A DNA stretch of 64,000 nt, from NCBI GenBank assembly GCA_002269645.1, contig NIVC01000462.1:215516-279515 (forward strand). Reading direction: 5' to 3'. The DNA is from Macrostomum lignano. Lineage: Eukaryota. The position numbers were made by a program, and so were the translations under genes. Numbering within the stretch: position 1 is the stretch's first letter; each line of letters begins with the position of its first letter. The notes beneath the pieces were generated by a model. It was given only the letters and a program-made list of their open reading frames with translations. It was not told the DNA's origin and made no database searches. Below, one piece after another: positions 13,218 to 38,151 of this stretch.

Positions 13218-15744
13218 CCCAGTGAAAAAAATGATATGGATTCCATGTGGATTTTTCATATGAAATCCATATGTGCATTTGTCTCCGTCCATCCATGTGG
13301 AATCAAGATATGGATTCCACATGGAAGATCCACATGGAAGTAATTATGTATTTCACATAGAATCCACATTGTCATTGAGTAAGCAGCCATTATACTGGTT
13401 GCCATAATAAATTGTTGCATCCTAAATCACAAAATAATACCAGATCTTAAAATTTCATACGAACCCCAGATCTCAATACTATATAAAAGAAACTGAAACA
13501 CAGATAAAAACACTAGCTATAGCCAAAAATATTTCTGCACAAAAATATATTCAAACAGGATGTCTCAATAAGTAAGGTGTATTTATGTACAGTAGTGAGT
13601 CACTGGCACACAAAGAATAAAGACACTGATGTAGATATTGATATCTTTAAAGTTGCGCTGCGCATATGATATAATATATAATTTGAAATTGACATTGTCA
13701 ATAGCATTAATTAATTAACAATAATATAATGCACCAGAATTAAAACAGTCAGAAACATGCTGCTGCCAATTGCCAGAATGCTGCTTCTTCAGGTCAGGTG
13801 AGCAACCTTAGAAAAGAAAGGGGTTAAATAACAGAATTTTATAACAGATTGATGACAGATTTTGTAATAGATTTTGATAGATTTTGATCATATAACAGAT
13901 TTTGATGACAGAAAAAAATCAGTTTATAACTAAAACTTACCATTGCTTCACAAAAGGTAGCATTCTAGATATTAAATTCAAATTCCAAGTAGCTTTGCAT
14001 GCTTCTTCAAAGGCAAGACCAAGGTGACATCCAAGTTTGAGGATGGGCCATGTAATATTAGGCCTAGGCTGAAATGAAATAGAAAAATAATTGTTGCCAA
14101 TTAAAATTGGTAGATTATATTGATATAATTCATAAAACTAATTTAAGGATGAATACTTAATAAAGTTTATTTTAAAATTAACTAGGCCTAAGTCCTAGGT
14201 TTATTTTTTATGCACAGTGTGCATATGTACCCTAAATTTTAAAATGACACCTTGAAAATTGAAATTAAAAAGTGGATACAGCTTAGGTGCAATCTCATTA
14301 CCTATTTTTCTATTGAAGCCTTATTTGCACTGCCTTTATATTAGAAAAAAATTGTATTCTAAGCCTTAAAATCATAAAACCCTAAAAGTGAGCATAGGCC
14401 CCTAGGGTATGATTTTGCCACTTGTCTCTAGCAAAAAGAAAACCCTACCTAAGTCAATCAATAAAATTACCAATGAAATAATAAGTACAAAAAAAGTTAA
14501 TATATGTTTCTATAAATTTAATTTTTTATTTTAAAATTGATTTTAGACTATAAAGTATTTAGGCAATGCAATGCACGTTTTTTATATTTGCTAGCCTAGT
14601 ATGATTTAACATTAGGCCTAAGCCTAAATAGCTAGGCCTATGCCCTATGGCTATTAAATACTAGACTTGGCCTAAATCAGATCAAATTTACAATAATCAT
14701 TATTTATTAATAATAGCAACCTTAGGGATCTGCTAGGCTAGCTATGCCAAAAGCAAGTTGCAAGTGTAATTGTAGAATTATTTATTACAAATATTGTTTT
14801 TAAAAATGCAACAAGTCCAAAAGATGCTAATAGGCTTTTTTAAAGAAAATCATAAATTAATAGATTTTTAACAGATTAACTAGATTGACTAGTCACAAAT
14901 CACAAAGTCAAGCTAGTCCCAACCTTAATTAAAATAGAAGGACCTAAATTGATAGTTATAGGCCTAGCTTAAAATAGGCCTAATAAGCATACATATAAAT
15001 AGATAGGTAGGACTAAGAGGAAATTATGAACTTCTAAAGGCCTATTTAAGTTAAAAAAATGAGTAGCCAATCTATGGACATGGCCATGGGATTCCTAGAA
15101 ATTGGATAGGCCTAAATAAATTTATCATGGATTTTACCAAAATTATTAGGCCTATCTATGATAAAATACTGATTTATCTAATTTCTAATCCCATGGAGGC
15201 CATGGTCTTATAAGTTATTGCCTATAGGCTAGGTCTACTAATTTTTTTAAGGTGCTTAAATAGCCATAAACAAGGCAATTTATCTTTCAAGGCCTTGAAC
15301 CAAGACATTGACGAATATAAAAAAGTAATTTAATTTTAAAAAGCACGAAACATTTTTTATTGTTCACTTCTATTTTGTCTATTTTAACAAAAAGTGTCCT
15401 TTTTTCCGATTATAATTTAGCTTTAAGATATTAATTTTTACTTAAAAGCATATAAATATAATAATTAATTTTAGAAATTTCATAAAAACGTCTGAATGTG
15501 GTGTATCACAGTTTTTTATCGAAGTGGATTCCATGTTGAATCAATATACGCTTATTTCTCATGAATTCCTTGTAAAATCCACATCAACATTAGGACAGTA
15601 AAAATAAAAAAATAATGCGTAAAAAATACTTTGCATACCATTATGTCATCTTTAAGTCATTAATTTGCAAAAATTAAAGAAACATTTAAATTCCACATGG
15701 CCACGTGGAACCCACGTGGAATCCATGAATCATTTTTCACTGGG
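13218..15744. mobile_element. Nested CMC/EnSpm-type non-autonomous element
   Basis: Termini CCCAGTGAAAAA...TTTTTCACTGGG, 2-bp TSD TT, subterminal repeats of an ATGGATTCCACATGG-like motif at both ends. Confidence 0.75.
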
Positions 15745-16659
15745 TTGTTAGTCTAACTAACTAAAGGCCCTAAGTATTTTACTAGGCATCTATATTGTAA
15801 AATATATTTATTTTATTTCACTTATTTGATATTATTTTTTATTTTACATCCAATATACTAAAAATTTTATTTTTCTATTTTATAGTATTTACTATTTTTA
15901 CATCATCATCCTAAATTCTAACACACGATGCACATAAGATAAAAATTTATTACCTAAGCCTCTAATACTAGTATTCTCTTCACAAAGCTTTAAAAATGGC
16001 AATTTTTTATTTTACTGCTTTACCTCTACCTATAAAATTGAAAGCTCTAATGATCTGAAATTTTTATACTTTTATTTTTAATATAATTCATTAATAGCTT
16101 TATATTCAGTTATAATTTAAGTTGATATAGTCGAGTACAATTTCTATTACTCTTATACATTAGTAACTTGCTTTAGTTTTTGTCTTTTTATGCAAATATT
16201 CAAAGTAAATAGTAGCTTGTACTTATGTATGTCTAGTTATCACATTTTTATTCAATTTTTAATAAAAATATTTGTTTTAATATTAAACAAATATACTCTC
16301 TTATCATCCACAGTAGTTATCATGCCAATGAAATGCATGGTGCCAACCATGTTGGGGAGAAGGCTCTAAATCTTTAGATTTTCTTGTGATGTTAAGTACT
16401 TACACTAGACCCATATACTAAAATGTAAGACTAACATTGTATTTCTCAATCATTCCATCTTTTCAGAACCTATCAAACTATGGAAATTTGTGCAAAGCAA
16501 TGGCCTACTAAAATACCATTGCTCATGATGATATGCTTCTAGAAGTCGCGGTTGGCGCGATATGCTTTTGGCGCGGCTCGACTTCAGCGTTTTTGCTCAT
16601 CATTGCATCACTCAAGTCCCATTGTCGCATTTTTGGGCTTCCAGCATCAAAAATCAACT

Positions 16660-17580
16660 GGTTCGATAGTCTCAATTGGAGGCCATGAAAAGCAATGTCA
16701 GACATGCTGGTGCCAATCTTGGAGAGGAATTTGCAGCCCACCTGATTGCCCTGTGGGAATTTTGCCAAGGGAACTCACACGAATCATTTTTGTCCAGCAG
16801 CAGCAGCCGAGTGTTACTGATCCAAATGGAACTCACTACAACTGACATAATGCAACTGCCCAATTGCACTTTGCTGGCAATAGCGGAAACCGCGCACTGA
16901 GAAGCATCGCCCATGTTCCTCACCCTACAATATTGAGGTCTCGATCACGTCGGTGGTCTTGACGATATAGGATGCAATCTTCATAGACATGCCATTGAAC
17001 CTGGAATGCTATGCTGCATCTCAAAAGGCTGGCTAACGTTTTTTCAAGGGTTTAGTGCGGCGAGACTCCAAGCCTGATAGATAATCCAATGTCAGCCAGC
17101 ATGTGTCAACTGCGCAAGCTTGATCCAAGCAAATGAGCTTCACGGTAGTTGCCAATCGGTCTTGCCTTATTTTTTAAGCCTTACATTTGTAAAACATCGA
17201 ACATTGCAAGAATGCATTTCAAAAAACAAAGAAGGAATGTTTTGTATTTTCTCTATCAGTAATGTATATTTATCCATACATTGCTGTTACATTGCCTAAA
17301 TACACTATATTATAAATATTCTTTGAGAGTCAAATCAAAATAGTTTAAAAGTTCACATTTCAGATCTGTACATGAGAGAATATAAGTCTTGTCTTTTTAT
17401 TTACTCAGATGAAAGTGAAGTTCTTAACTTTGGGAGTTAATGCGCATATGAAAGATGATGCCTGCAAAAACGAAGGCTGTAGCGCGTCATGCAGCCAGCA
17501 AGCAGTTGAAGAACTTCAGTCACTCTTCTCGAAGGTATTGCGCAGTAGATTAGCCCCTAGGCTGTCGGTTATGTCATCTG
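16660..17580 (+). pseudogene. Degenerate transposase fragments, KDZ/Zisupton-like (tentative)
   Basis: Broken frames give (V)RH..GE.F at ~16700-16730, DDIGCNLHRH at 16961-16990 and FLTLGVNAH..DDAC...VEELQSLFSK at ~17420-17535, in the order of the recalled KDZ motifs CRH..GE, YDIxC and FHxxxH..C..ERxxS. Many stops and frameshifts. Confidence 0.35.
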
Positions 17581-19457
17581 GTTAGTAGCTAGAGCACAGC
17601 CATATTCTGTATGCTGACAACCAAACCAATTGCCACCACAAAAGCAACCAGCCTGCCAAAGCTCTAAGGGTGGCGAGCTAGGTTGCACTGAGTCGCAACA
17701 TAAGTAGGTATAGGACATGGAATGCCATAATGCCTGTTATTAGATTAGACAAACATGAAGCATTGTTGGCCTGTACAGGCTCAGAATGCAGGCAGGAGAC
17801 CAGGCAAGCGGTAGTTCAGGCATGGTATTGGCAGCTGAAACAAAGCATGTTGAAATAAAGGGTATTGATTACTTTCATCTATAACTTTTCATAAACAATC
17901 AATTTCAAAAGTCAATATTATTTGACATAATGATTTTCCTAAACATTTATTCTTGCAATCTTTAAAGATGCCAATACATTTATATTAAAGAAATTATATT
18001 ATTTTAAAATAAACAATGCCAAAAATGTGTCCAATGACTTTTTAGTTTTAACTCTAGTAAATGTATTGGTATCAGCTATCTAGTTTATTGCTCAACATAG
18101 ATTTTTAGCATCAAACAAAGGTGGTGCATTACATGTACAAAGTCTTACTGCACTGCAAGCATTTTGTTTGTATAAGAACTAACTCTAACATGTTAGAGCT
18201 TTTGTCAGCAGTAACAGTTGTGCAACTAGTGTTATTTATGAAAGAAAAGCTAATAGCTTTTAGTAATTGAAATTAATTTTATGATTAAAAGTAAAATGCT
18301 CTGCTTTAAGTAATTAAAAGTAAAATACATACTTGTAATTCCAGGCCCTCAGTTATTTATAAAAAAACATTGAGACAACAATAATTCTGCTATTTACTTC
18401 TGTGAGGCAGTATGTCATAACATAACATAACATCACATCAATGTTATAACATAATTCGAATGCAAAATGGTATGCAGCAGCAGCAGCACTCAAAAGTAAA
18501 AACGGGAAACGGATGAAACAGCTGTCTATATGTTTTCAGTATATTTCAAGCAGCGCCTTCAAGTCTAATATTTTTTTATTTTATTTATGCACCTTGAATG
18601 TAAATGCCAATGGCAACGATGACATTACCAGTGTGTTGTGTTGCGTAGTTTTTAAAAAAAACACTTTCTAAGCATGAAAATAGTTGCCTAAGTTAAATAA
18701 TTTCCGCGCGTGCCTATCAAAAGCAAAACTAAAAAGAATCCAAAACCTCCAAGCTATTTTCTGAAGAAAATTTGTATTCATTAGTAAATTTCAGTAAGAT
18801 TTCAATTTTTGTACAGTATTAAAGTTTTTGTGCAAAAATATTTGTTCGAAATGAAACCTCTGAAAAACCTCAAAACCTCCGAAACCTCTCGATGAGAATC
18901 ACCCCCCAAAAGCTCTAAAGTTACGTTTATATAACTGGAGCCTGTGCGAAAATTCTTTAAAAGCGCCAGCAGCCTCGCCTCCATCCCCATCGCAGTTTTA
19001 ACAGGCAAGGAGCACTAAAATTAAGAATTGCGTCGCCGTGCTGGCTTTTTAATCTACCTGCATTAAAAGGCCCATAAATTTTGGCTGCGTTTGTGAAAGT
19101 CGATGTACCGTGAATATAAAAACAGACCAGCTAGGCCTAATCTTAACATTGACAATACTGCAAATATAAGGTAGGGCTTCAGATACTAAATAGGCCTACA
19201 TAATAGAGATAATATTTACCTACCTTCAAAGTTCACCCAATGCCAGATTTGAAATTCATTACTTATACAGTTTGTTTTACTAGATTATAAACAAACTGAT
19301 AGGCCTACTGTGATAAGATGTGTGAGTTTTATCTACCATTATATATGAGTATACTATATACACATATGCTACTAAGTTGCAACCTAGGCTACGCCGCTAC
19401 TAAGCCTAAAGTCGCCTAACCTTAGCCAGTTAGCCCATTGCTTCATATTCCTGAGAC

Positions 19458-19857
19458 TAGAGGTCAGATGGTGGACAGGATCCTGATCCTAATCCCAAAA
19501 TCTCGGGATCCCAAGGAAAATTGAATTCCCGCGGGACCAGAATCCCAACCCTAAAAAAAACTCAAGATTCGGGAACAGGTCTTTCGATTAATAATTTATA
19601 GAATTAGTGATTAGGCCTACTTGAAGGTATTTTGCTTTAACTTGTACTTGTTACATTATTTACTTTGTTGGTTACAAAACTTCATATCAATTTCGTTGTG
19701 TTTTACTTCTTGATCTTGACAATCTTTTCTCAATTTTGTTTAACTTTACATGGAAAATACACTATAAGACCTGATCCCAATCCCAATCCCAATCTCGAGA
19801 AAAAAATTATTCCTAATCCCAATCCTGCCCAAAGATTTCAATCCCGTCCGACCTCTA
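19458..19857. mobile_element. hAT-type MITE
   Basis: Termini TAGAGGTC...GACCTCTA; 8-bp TSD CCTGAGAC (19450-19457 / 19858-19865); subterminal GATCCCAATCC-type repeats. Confidence 0.85.
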
Positions 19858-20459
19858 CCTGAGACCTAAGTAGACTCTGGACTTGGAGTAGACACCATGT
19901 ATAATTGCATGGCTATCTATCCTGTAGAATTGTTCATTAAATTCATTGTATGCATTTTTTAGCTATTGACATGAAACTTTCCAAAAATGAATGTTCTCAT
20001 TAGGCCCTATGCCAACATTATGCCAACAAAGTGTTTAGAACCATATTTGTTAGTTCAAGGGCTGCGCAAACCTTTTGAAGTGGTGCAATCTATGTTAGGG
20101 CAGAAGGTCGTCCACCATCCATTTTTAAGTAGAAAGCAATTTATTTGCAATATTTGCAGCCTTTGAAAATTGCAAGATTCTTGGGATCAGGACATCCTAT
20201 CCTAGACTTTGCCAATCCTAAGATCCCACTAAATTGGGCTAGGATTCTAAGATTGAAAATAGAGTCCAACTAAGATCAGATTTTTTTAAATTAAAATTGA
20301 GTAAGAACTTTATGAAAAAATAAATATTGAGAATAAGTCAATTAAAAATTAGAGATCTAGCTGCAAAGCCTGCAATTGTGAATTTGAATAGCATTGTAAG
20401 ACTAGTAGTAGTAGGCCTAGTTAGTAGTACTTATGATAAGTTATAAATTTAGCCTATAA

Positions 20460-21051
20460 CCATAGTCAGGATCATGTCATGGTATATGCCAGAATAAAAA
20501 GTCCCCTAAAAAATCTATGCCACTTCATACTGAAATGTACGCCAAGGTGCTAGGAACTTATGCCAGGTTTTCTAGACTTTGATCTTATGACCTTTTTTGC
20601 GTGTTACACATTTTTGCCTACTTTATAATTATAATTATTTAACAAATGTGTGGTTTTCATTTAAAGTAAATTGGCTTAGAGATAATGCCAACAAAATCAA
20701 TTTTTTGTTTAAGTTTTTTTTATAAAATTACACAATTAGTTTGCATGGAATTTTAAATTTTTATAAATCACAAATAGTTATGAAATTTCATCTTACAAGT
20801 TTTACAGTTTTTATGCTTTTATAATAAGATTCTGAGGTTAGGGCCTTATGCCAACAATTGTTAATATTAACTTTGGCGTGAAGGTTGGAGTTGGCATACG
20901 CTACTTGGCATATTTACGCCACGGCATCATGCCAAAAGGTACACCAAATATATTTTGCCTCATTTTTTACACCAATTCTATGCCAAAAAAAGTAAAATTT
21001 TCAATTGTATGCTGGAAATTTCTAGCATAATATACATCATCCTGACTATGG
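20460..21051. mobile_element. Non-autonomous DNA transposon with 8-bp TSD (hAT/P-like)
   Basis: TIR CCATAGTCAGGAT(C/G)ATGT; TSD GCCTATAA (20452-20459 / 21052-21059). Confidence 0.8.
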
Positions 21052-23600
21052 GCCTATAATAAAAGTATAAATTTCTTTGTCATCTTATATTATATTTTAA
21101 TTATACTCAGCAGTCATAATCTCTGTTGCTCTAGGCCTAGTAGTAGTAGCCTCTGGTTCTTAGTAGCTCAAGTCATATAAGAAGCATTGGCCTTAAACTA
21201 GGCCTAGCAGGGCACTAAGGCCAAGTGCTGGCAGAGTCTCAATATTGTTAACTATATCTAATAGCCATATTGTGAGAAAAATACTTTGAAAATCTAGCCA
21301 AAAAAGTCCAATGGTATTAAGCTAGCTATTGGCTAGGCCTATCTAGCCAAGCTATTATCCTAGCTCAACCTGCTTAGGCTAGGCCTATACTTAGACTATT
21401 GGAACCTGATTCTTAGTGCTAGCAGGGTAAATGTCTAGTTTCCTATGCATAGGCCTAAAATATGCTAGTGGCTAGCAGCAACTATTTTATAGTTACATTT
21501 AATTTAGGCATGTTTAAAGCCAAAGCCTCTTGCCTAGAGCTCAAAGCTATATTGCCAAGGACCTGTAGGCTATGCTACCGTTTGTGTAAATTGGCTTGTT
21601 GGCTCTGTTAGTTGATTAGGCTAAGGATATTATCAATACAGTGTTGCATCTTCATAATATTTTTATACTTTTTGTATTGAATTCAATCTTGTTCAACTGA
21701 TTCTTTAATTCCAAGCCTGTAGTCTGAAAATTTCAAGCTTGAAATTGAAAAGATTATCTAGTTTTTGTTCGTTTAATTTTGGTTTAAAAAGCTATCTAAC
21801 CTAATTTTAAATGGGTTTTTAATAATACAAATAGAATAGAATAAAATATTTTGCTAGGCCTAATAAAAAACTGACAATTGGCTTTGAATTGAAGTGTGAT
21901 ATATAGGCTAGTAGCATAATAGATATGTTTTTTTATATATTTGTATCAGCTCATGAAAATTATACTTGATTATGATATAACCTAGGGAATGATAGCTTAC
22001 AGAGCTATGGCCTGAGGTACTGATGATACTAAGGTAGAAAAAATTAGATACCAACCTCTCAAAGGGCACCTGCCCTTAGATAGAGAATTGGTAGCTTTGG
22101 TTACAGTCTAATAGCAAGGTCCAAATGTTCTAATCCCAAATACAGCCAATGAGTTTTGAAGGTAGGGACTGCTTAAAGTAGTTGAACTGTATAAATCTTT
22201 TTATTATCTGCTAACAGCTTCTGTTTTATATCTTTGCAGCCCTATAGCCTTCTACATACTTAAAATATTACAAAATCAAAATAGGACAACCCTATCATTA
22301 TTTTCATTTGATGAGTATCTCAGCTATAGATACTACTAGGCCTACTGAGAAAAAAATGATTAAATTATTACAAATTAGGATTGGGATCCCAATGGTCCAT
22401 TTTGGGATTTTTCAAATCCACAACAATTGTGATAATAAGATTTATAATCCTAGGATTTAGGCCTTGTCTTATAATTCTAGGAATGACTAGGATCCTAAGA
22501 TTGTATTCTATAATCCACACTATATGCACCAAATTACAAATAGACCAGGGACTAAAGTGAGACTAGAACCAATTGATCAACAAAGCTATAGTAGCAGGCA
22601 AACTGGCTATGTGATAGGTCAGTTGGGAACAAGGCAAGGAATAATTATTTAGTCAATTATATATAAATTGTATAGTAAGACCTATCAATACAACAATAGA
22701 GAGCTATTCTATAGAATATTTTGGTAAGTTATTTTTTCATTGTTTAAATGATTTTTTGGCTTCTAGCATTTGACCATTAGAATCCAAAGAATCCAAAAAG
22801 CTTCTAACAAACGTTAAGGCATTAGAACATAGCAATGATATTGTTCTATAGCAACTATCTAGTCTAATAATATTAGTCATGGCTATTTGTTGGCCTAACC
22901 CATTGGTTTATATGCACCTTACTAAGAAGCTTATATTTTGTTACTTTAAAAGCTAAATTTTGCCACTGGGTATAAGTTACATAGTCTTGACCATTGAAAT
23001 AGCATGGAATTTAAATAAGTATAAGCAAGCTATCTGCATTAGATGACTTTTATGATCATAATTCATAGGTTACCATAGACAATTGCATGCCATATATAAC
23101 TTATAAGTACTAAGTTATTGTGCCTCAATGTGTTAATGACATATATGTTAAATTTAAAAGCAGCAATTGAATATATGTAGTACATTATACAATTTTAGAT
23201 TGTTTAGTATGTTGCAGAATTAAACAATAGCCAAAACCAATAGCAATTTCTTTTAAACATATAATTACATATTGCTTAGAGCAACAAAGTTGTTCAAATG
23301 CATTAATTTTTACGAGTATTTAGTAGGCATTTTTGACTTCCAAAATGCTAAAAATTACCTAAACAATGAAAAAAGTTTTTTTGACACAATGTTTTTCTTT
23401 CTAGAAAATTTGCCCTATGCTATGTGATGGCAAGTCATGGGAGCCTTACTGAAGTCTCTGTTTAAGTCATGTGGTTTGGCTTAATAAATGTTAATTGTTG
23501 CAATTAGAGTTATAGCCCAGGCAAGGTATAAAAATTCCTATGTTATATGATACAATAGTATTGTTAATGTCATGTTAAAGATATTTCTTACATTTCATAG

Positions 23601-35095
<11,495 letters not shown>

Positions 35096-35724
35096 CTTGG
35101 AACAGGCGGCATTTTTGCACTGGCGCTGCTCGCAAATTAACTGCTCAAATCTGCTTTGAGCTGCTTGTTTGTTGAGTAGCGCCTTGCGCCTGTTCCAAGT
35201 TTTCTAATGACTCTGTCCTCCACCTCTCTGTCTCCAAGATCCTTGTTTCCTGTAGAGTCACCCAGTATGCCTTGATTGTTGATTAATTTTTATCATTCCC
35301 TCCTAAAGAATTAGTCTTTAAAAATAACGGTGGCCGGGTGATCAGAATAAATGGGACTAAATCTGAATTGAGAATATCCCAAATTTGGAGAGCAACTCTT
35401 GACCATCGTTGAGTCATCTGTTGTGTTTCTTTCACAAAAAGGCCTGTTTTTTACACATAGATGCAAACTTTTCCCATGTTATTCGATCACCCATTCCACG
35501 TCAGCAAAATAATTGACTGTCATTATATTTGGTTCTTCAGTTTCGGTACATGAGATGACCTATATATTATTCCGCATGGGGATTTAAACATCGCTCAGTT
35601 CAGTGAATCAGTGATTTATATATTTTGTATTTTATATGCGCCTACATGGATAGCTCACTATGCTCCCGGTTATTAACAAACCTGCCTTCTCCCTCTCACT
35701 CCTATCCCCTGCTCTCACCTGAGC

Positions 35725-35807
35725 ATCCTCGAGCTCATGACCGATCGGCCGATAAAAAGTGTCTTCACACTGGGGCTTCGATCGCGACAAACTGCTCATT
35801 CGAGGAT
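35725..35807 (+). promoter_or_regulatory. Type-2 eukaryotic SECIS element
   Basis: Helix I ATCCTCGA (35725-32) / TCGAGGAT (35800-07); ATGA core 35737-40; 12-nt helix II arm with CGATCG (35742-47) / CGATCG (35779-84); unpaired AAAAA 35754-58; apical mini-helix GTGT-CTTC-ACAC; 3' GA at 35786-87. Confidence 0.88.
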
Positions 35808-35916
35808 CGTACCCGCCACCCTGAATTATCTTATCCTAGCGCCTTTGTGAAAGTCAAAGACAACACGGTTAATATTTGCTATAATAATCTAACTATTCTT
35901 TGGGCAAAAATATTTT

Positions 35917-35965
35917 ATTAAAAAATGATCGATTACTTGGTCCTTTGTTTTTTTGTTTTTTTAAT
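35917..35965 (+). terminator. Probable TGR polyadenylation signal (ATTAAA) with downstream U/GU-rich tract
   Basis: ATTAAA at 35917-22, then TTGGTCCTTTGTTTTTTTGTTTTTT. Confidence 0.5.
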
Positions 35966-36783
35966 CGAATTTTGATGACGTAATTATAAAAGATTCATGG
36001 GGGAATCGGATGTGTCTAAAAGCTGAGATAGATGGCTTTAGTGACTGTAGAAGGCCAAAAACTACATGTAGTTTATTATTATTTTCTTTTCTTGACTCTT
36101 CATCAGGGGGGGGGGCAGATTGCAAGTTTAGCGCACTATTAAATCAATACGTTTGAAATCATGGATTTCGGCTCGCTTTAAACACTAGGCTGAGCAAAGA
36201 TGGCCTGGGTTCAGCCACTCTGCTGGAGCTACAAGTTACGGCTCCATATTCTTGCTTCTTACAAGAAAATTTAACGGAAATTGATGCGTGACTTCGCTCG
36301 CAGTCTTCGTCTTTCTGTCAATCAAAGCACGTGAGAGAAGTTATTCTCAGGAAGCTGGGAGGGAAGCTGATTCTACAGGCTTTCCTTCATCGCAGCTTTT
36401 CGACAGAGGCGGGCATTGTTTGCCCAGACAAAAAAACAATATTTTCTCTTCCTGTGGCTGAACCAAGGAAGCAGCACTTCCTCTGGCATAGAGTCCGAGA
36501 GACGCTGTGAGGTTTCTTTTGCTTCTAGCAACTTTTCTTGACTCATTCGTTTCGATCTGGTAGCGATTCATGTAGCAAACAGGCTCCGTTAGATTTATGC
36601 TGCAGATTTTTGCCTTCTTTTAATAAGACTTCTCTGTCTTATTAAAATTCGGCATTAACGATGGCTTTGTGTATTTTACTTCTTAGACTGCGTTCAGTTG
36701 GTTTTTTTGCTAAAAATGTTTTCAAGTATTTTCAGTGTCACTCCTGACTTCCGGTATGCCGTTGCTATGCTGTTGTTATGCCG

Positions 36784-37543
36784 CTAGTCGCGCTGGTAGA
36801 GAGTCCAGTCGGGTCCGGTCAGGCTGGCTGGCGGGTAGGCGAACGCCAGCAGGTGGCAGGCGAGCAGCCGCTGGGAGAAAACAGCGGCCTGACAGTCGGC
36901 TCTGGCGCTGCACCGGAGCAGGCAGTCAGCGTCAGTCTGGGCAGCGGTCGGCCAGGACGAGGTCCTGGAGCTGTCGGTCTTGATGATGAGGCTGTTGCTT
37001 TTTACCACCGTGTAAAGGTTTTCTGAAAAAAAGTTAAAATTTGCATGTACGCTTGTCGCTTGATGAAGGTTATTGCCAAAAGTACACAGAACTGTTTTGT
37101 GTACTTTTCCAATATATCGAAAGCCGCTTACTGAAGTTTGTGTAGCTCAGATAGAACACCGAGTTGCGATTTGGGCCACCGCACGTCTGCAGCGGGTTTC
37201 CTGTGCACTCTCTCTTGCAGTCGCCCTCGTTTCCTTTGCCCTGCGATCCATACGAGTTTCCACAGAAGCACTGCAAACCAACCTGCACGCCGAAGTACGA
37301 GAATCCGCCCAGAGAGCAGGCGCTGCTGCACAGCTCGAGACTCATGCTGGTGCTGTAAATCACTGGGTCAGTAGAGTGAACTTTGAACGGACCCAGCTGG
37401 GTGACTCCACTTAGCGCGGTCAAGTCTCTAGCATGATCGGTGTAATCTACATAGCATCCAACATAGGTGTGATTGACCATCTTGCAGATCACGCAGGTCA
37501 GTAGTGCACAGAAAAATACAGTCAGCTGCAAAACTTGCGGCAT
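36784..37543 (-). CDS. Secreted WSC + PAN/Apple-like protein, copy 1 (216 aa)
   Basis: Exons 37543-37132 and 37022-36784 (phase 1, GT-AG). Hydrophobic signal (LTVFFCALLTCVIC), WSC motifs GCYVD..RDL, C-x3-C, YFGVQ..QCFCG, CGG..RNSVF; exon 2 has C-x3-C-x5-C-x11-C-x-L. Confidence 0.88.
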
Positions 37544-38151
37544 GTTACTTTCAAGTTTATAGTTGATCACTGTATTTTCAGAAACTGCTCAAAGCCCTAA
37601 GGATCAGTTTTAAAACGGCTTTTATGGCTACTTAGTGGAGTGGTTTTGGCCAGCCGCAGCGGCATTGGATAATCTAGAAGGCACCAATCAGCTTACAGAA
37701 AAGCAGCGTGCTTTACATTTGTACATTTCGCAAGGGATGAGTTCTGGAAATGTCAGTTCATTAATCCGGTCTGTTAATTCTTGCTGATTTTCGATCAAGC
37801 ACACAACTCATAAAAGCATCTACATGTATCAGCTATCAAAAGATGAACATTGGATCCATCTCTTCTATCATAAAGCAATAACTAATAATCTTCGTAATGT
37901 ACATGTACTCGTATTTTTTCAGTAGCTAAAACCAGCCTCCTAAAATGTTTCAAGAAATATATACAGTTTCCTGTCTTACTTGAGTAGTCCTTGAGCACGC
38001 ATGCTTCCCGGAGATTTTGTTTGGCTTGCTTTGAATTCGTTTGGGAGCTGAGCGGCTTTTTATTTCATGCATCGGGCCGGGTCCCTTGGCCAATAGACTA
38101 AGCACAGATGACATTGCAGGCTTTTGACATAGACCAAATCGGGAGTACGAC

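Larger units (their letters stand above)
12683..18904. mobile_element. 6.2-kb DNA transposon, ~210-bp TIRs, 8-bp TSD (Zisupton/KDZ-like or MULE-like), non-autonomous/decayed
   Basis: TIR GGGTGATTCTCATCGAGAGGTTTCGGAGG... at 12683-~12896 mirrored at ~18690-18904; TSD CCCAAAAG at 12675-12682 and 18905-18912. Confidence 0.9.

Noticed and set aside
35207-35260. ATGACTCT...AGAGTCA as an alternative SECIS
   Set aside because: The UGA is Watson-Crick paired, there is no GA quartet and no apical AA at the right spacing.
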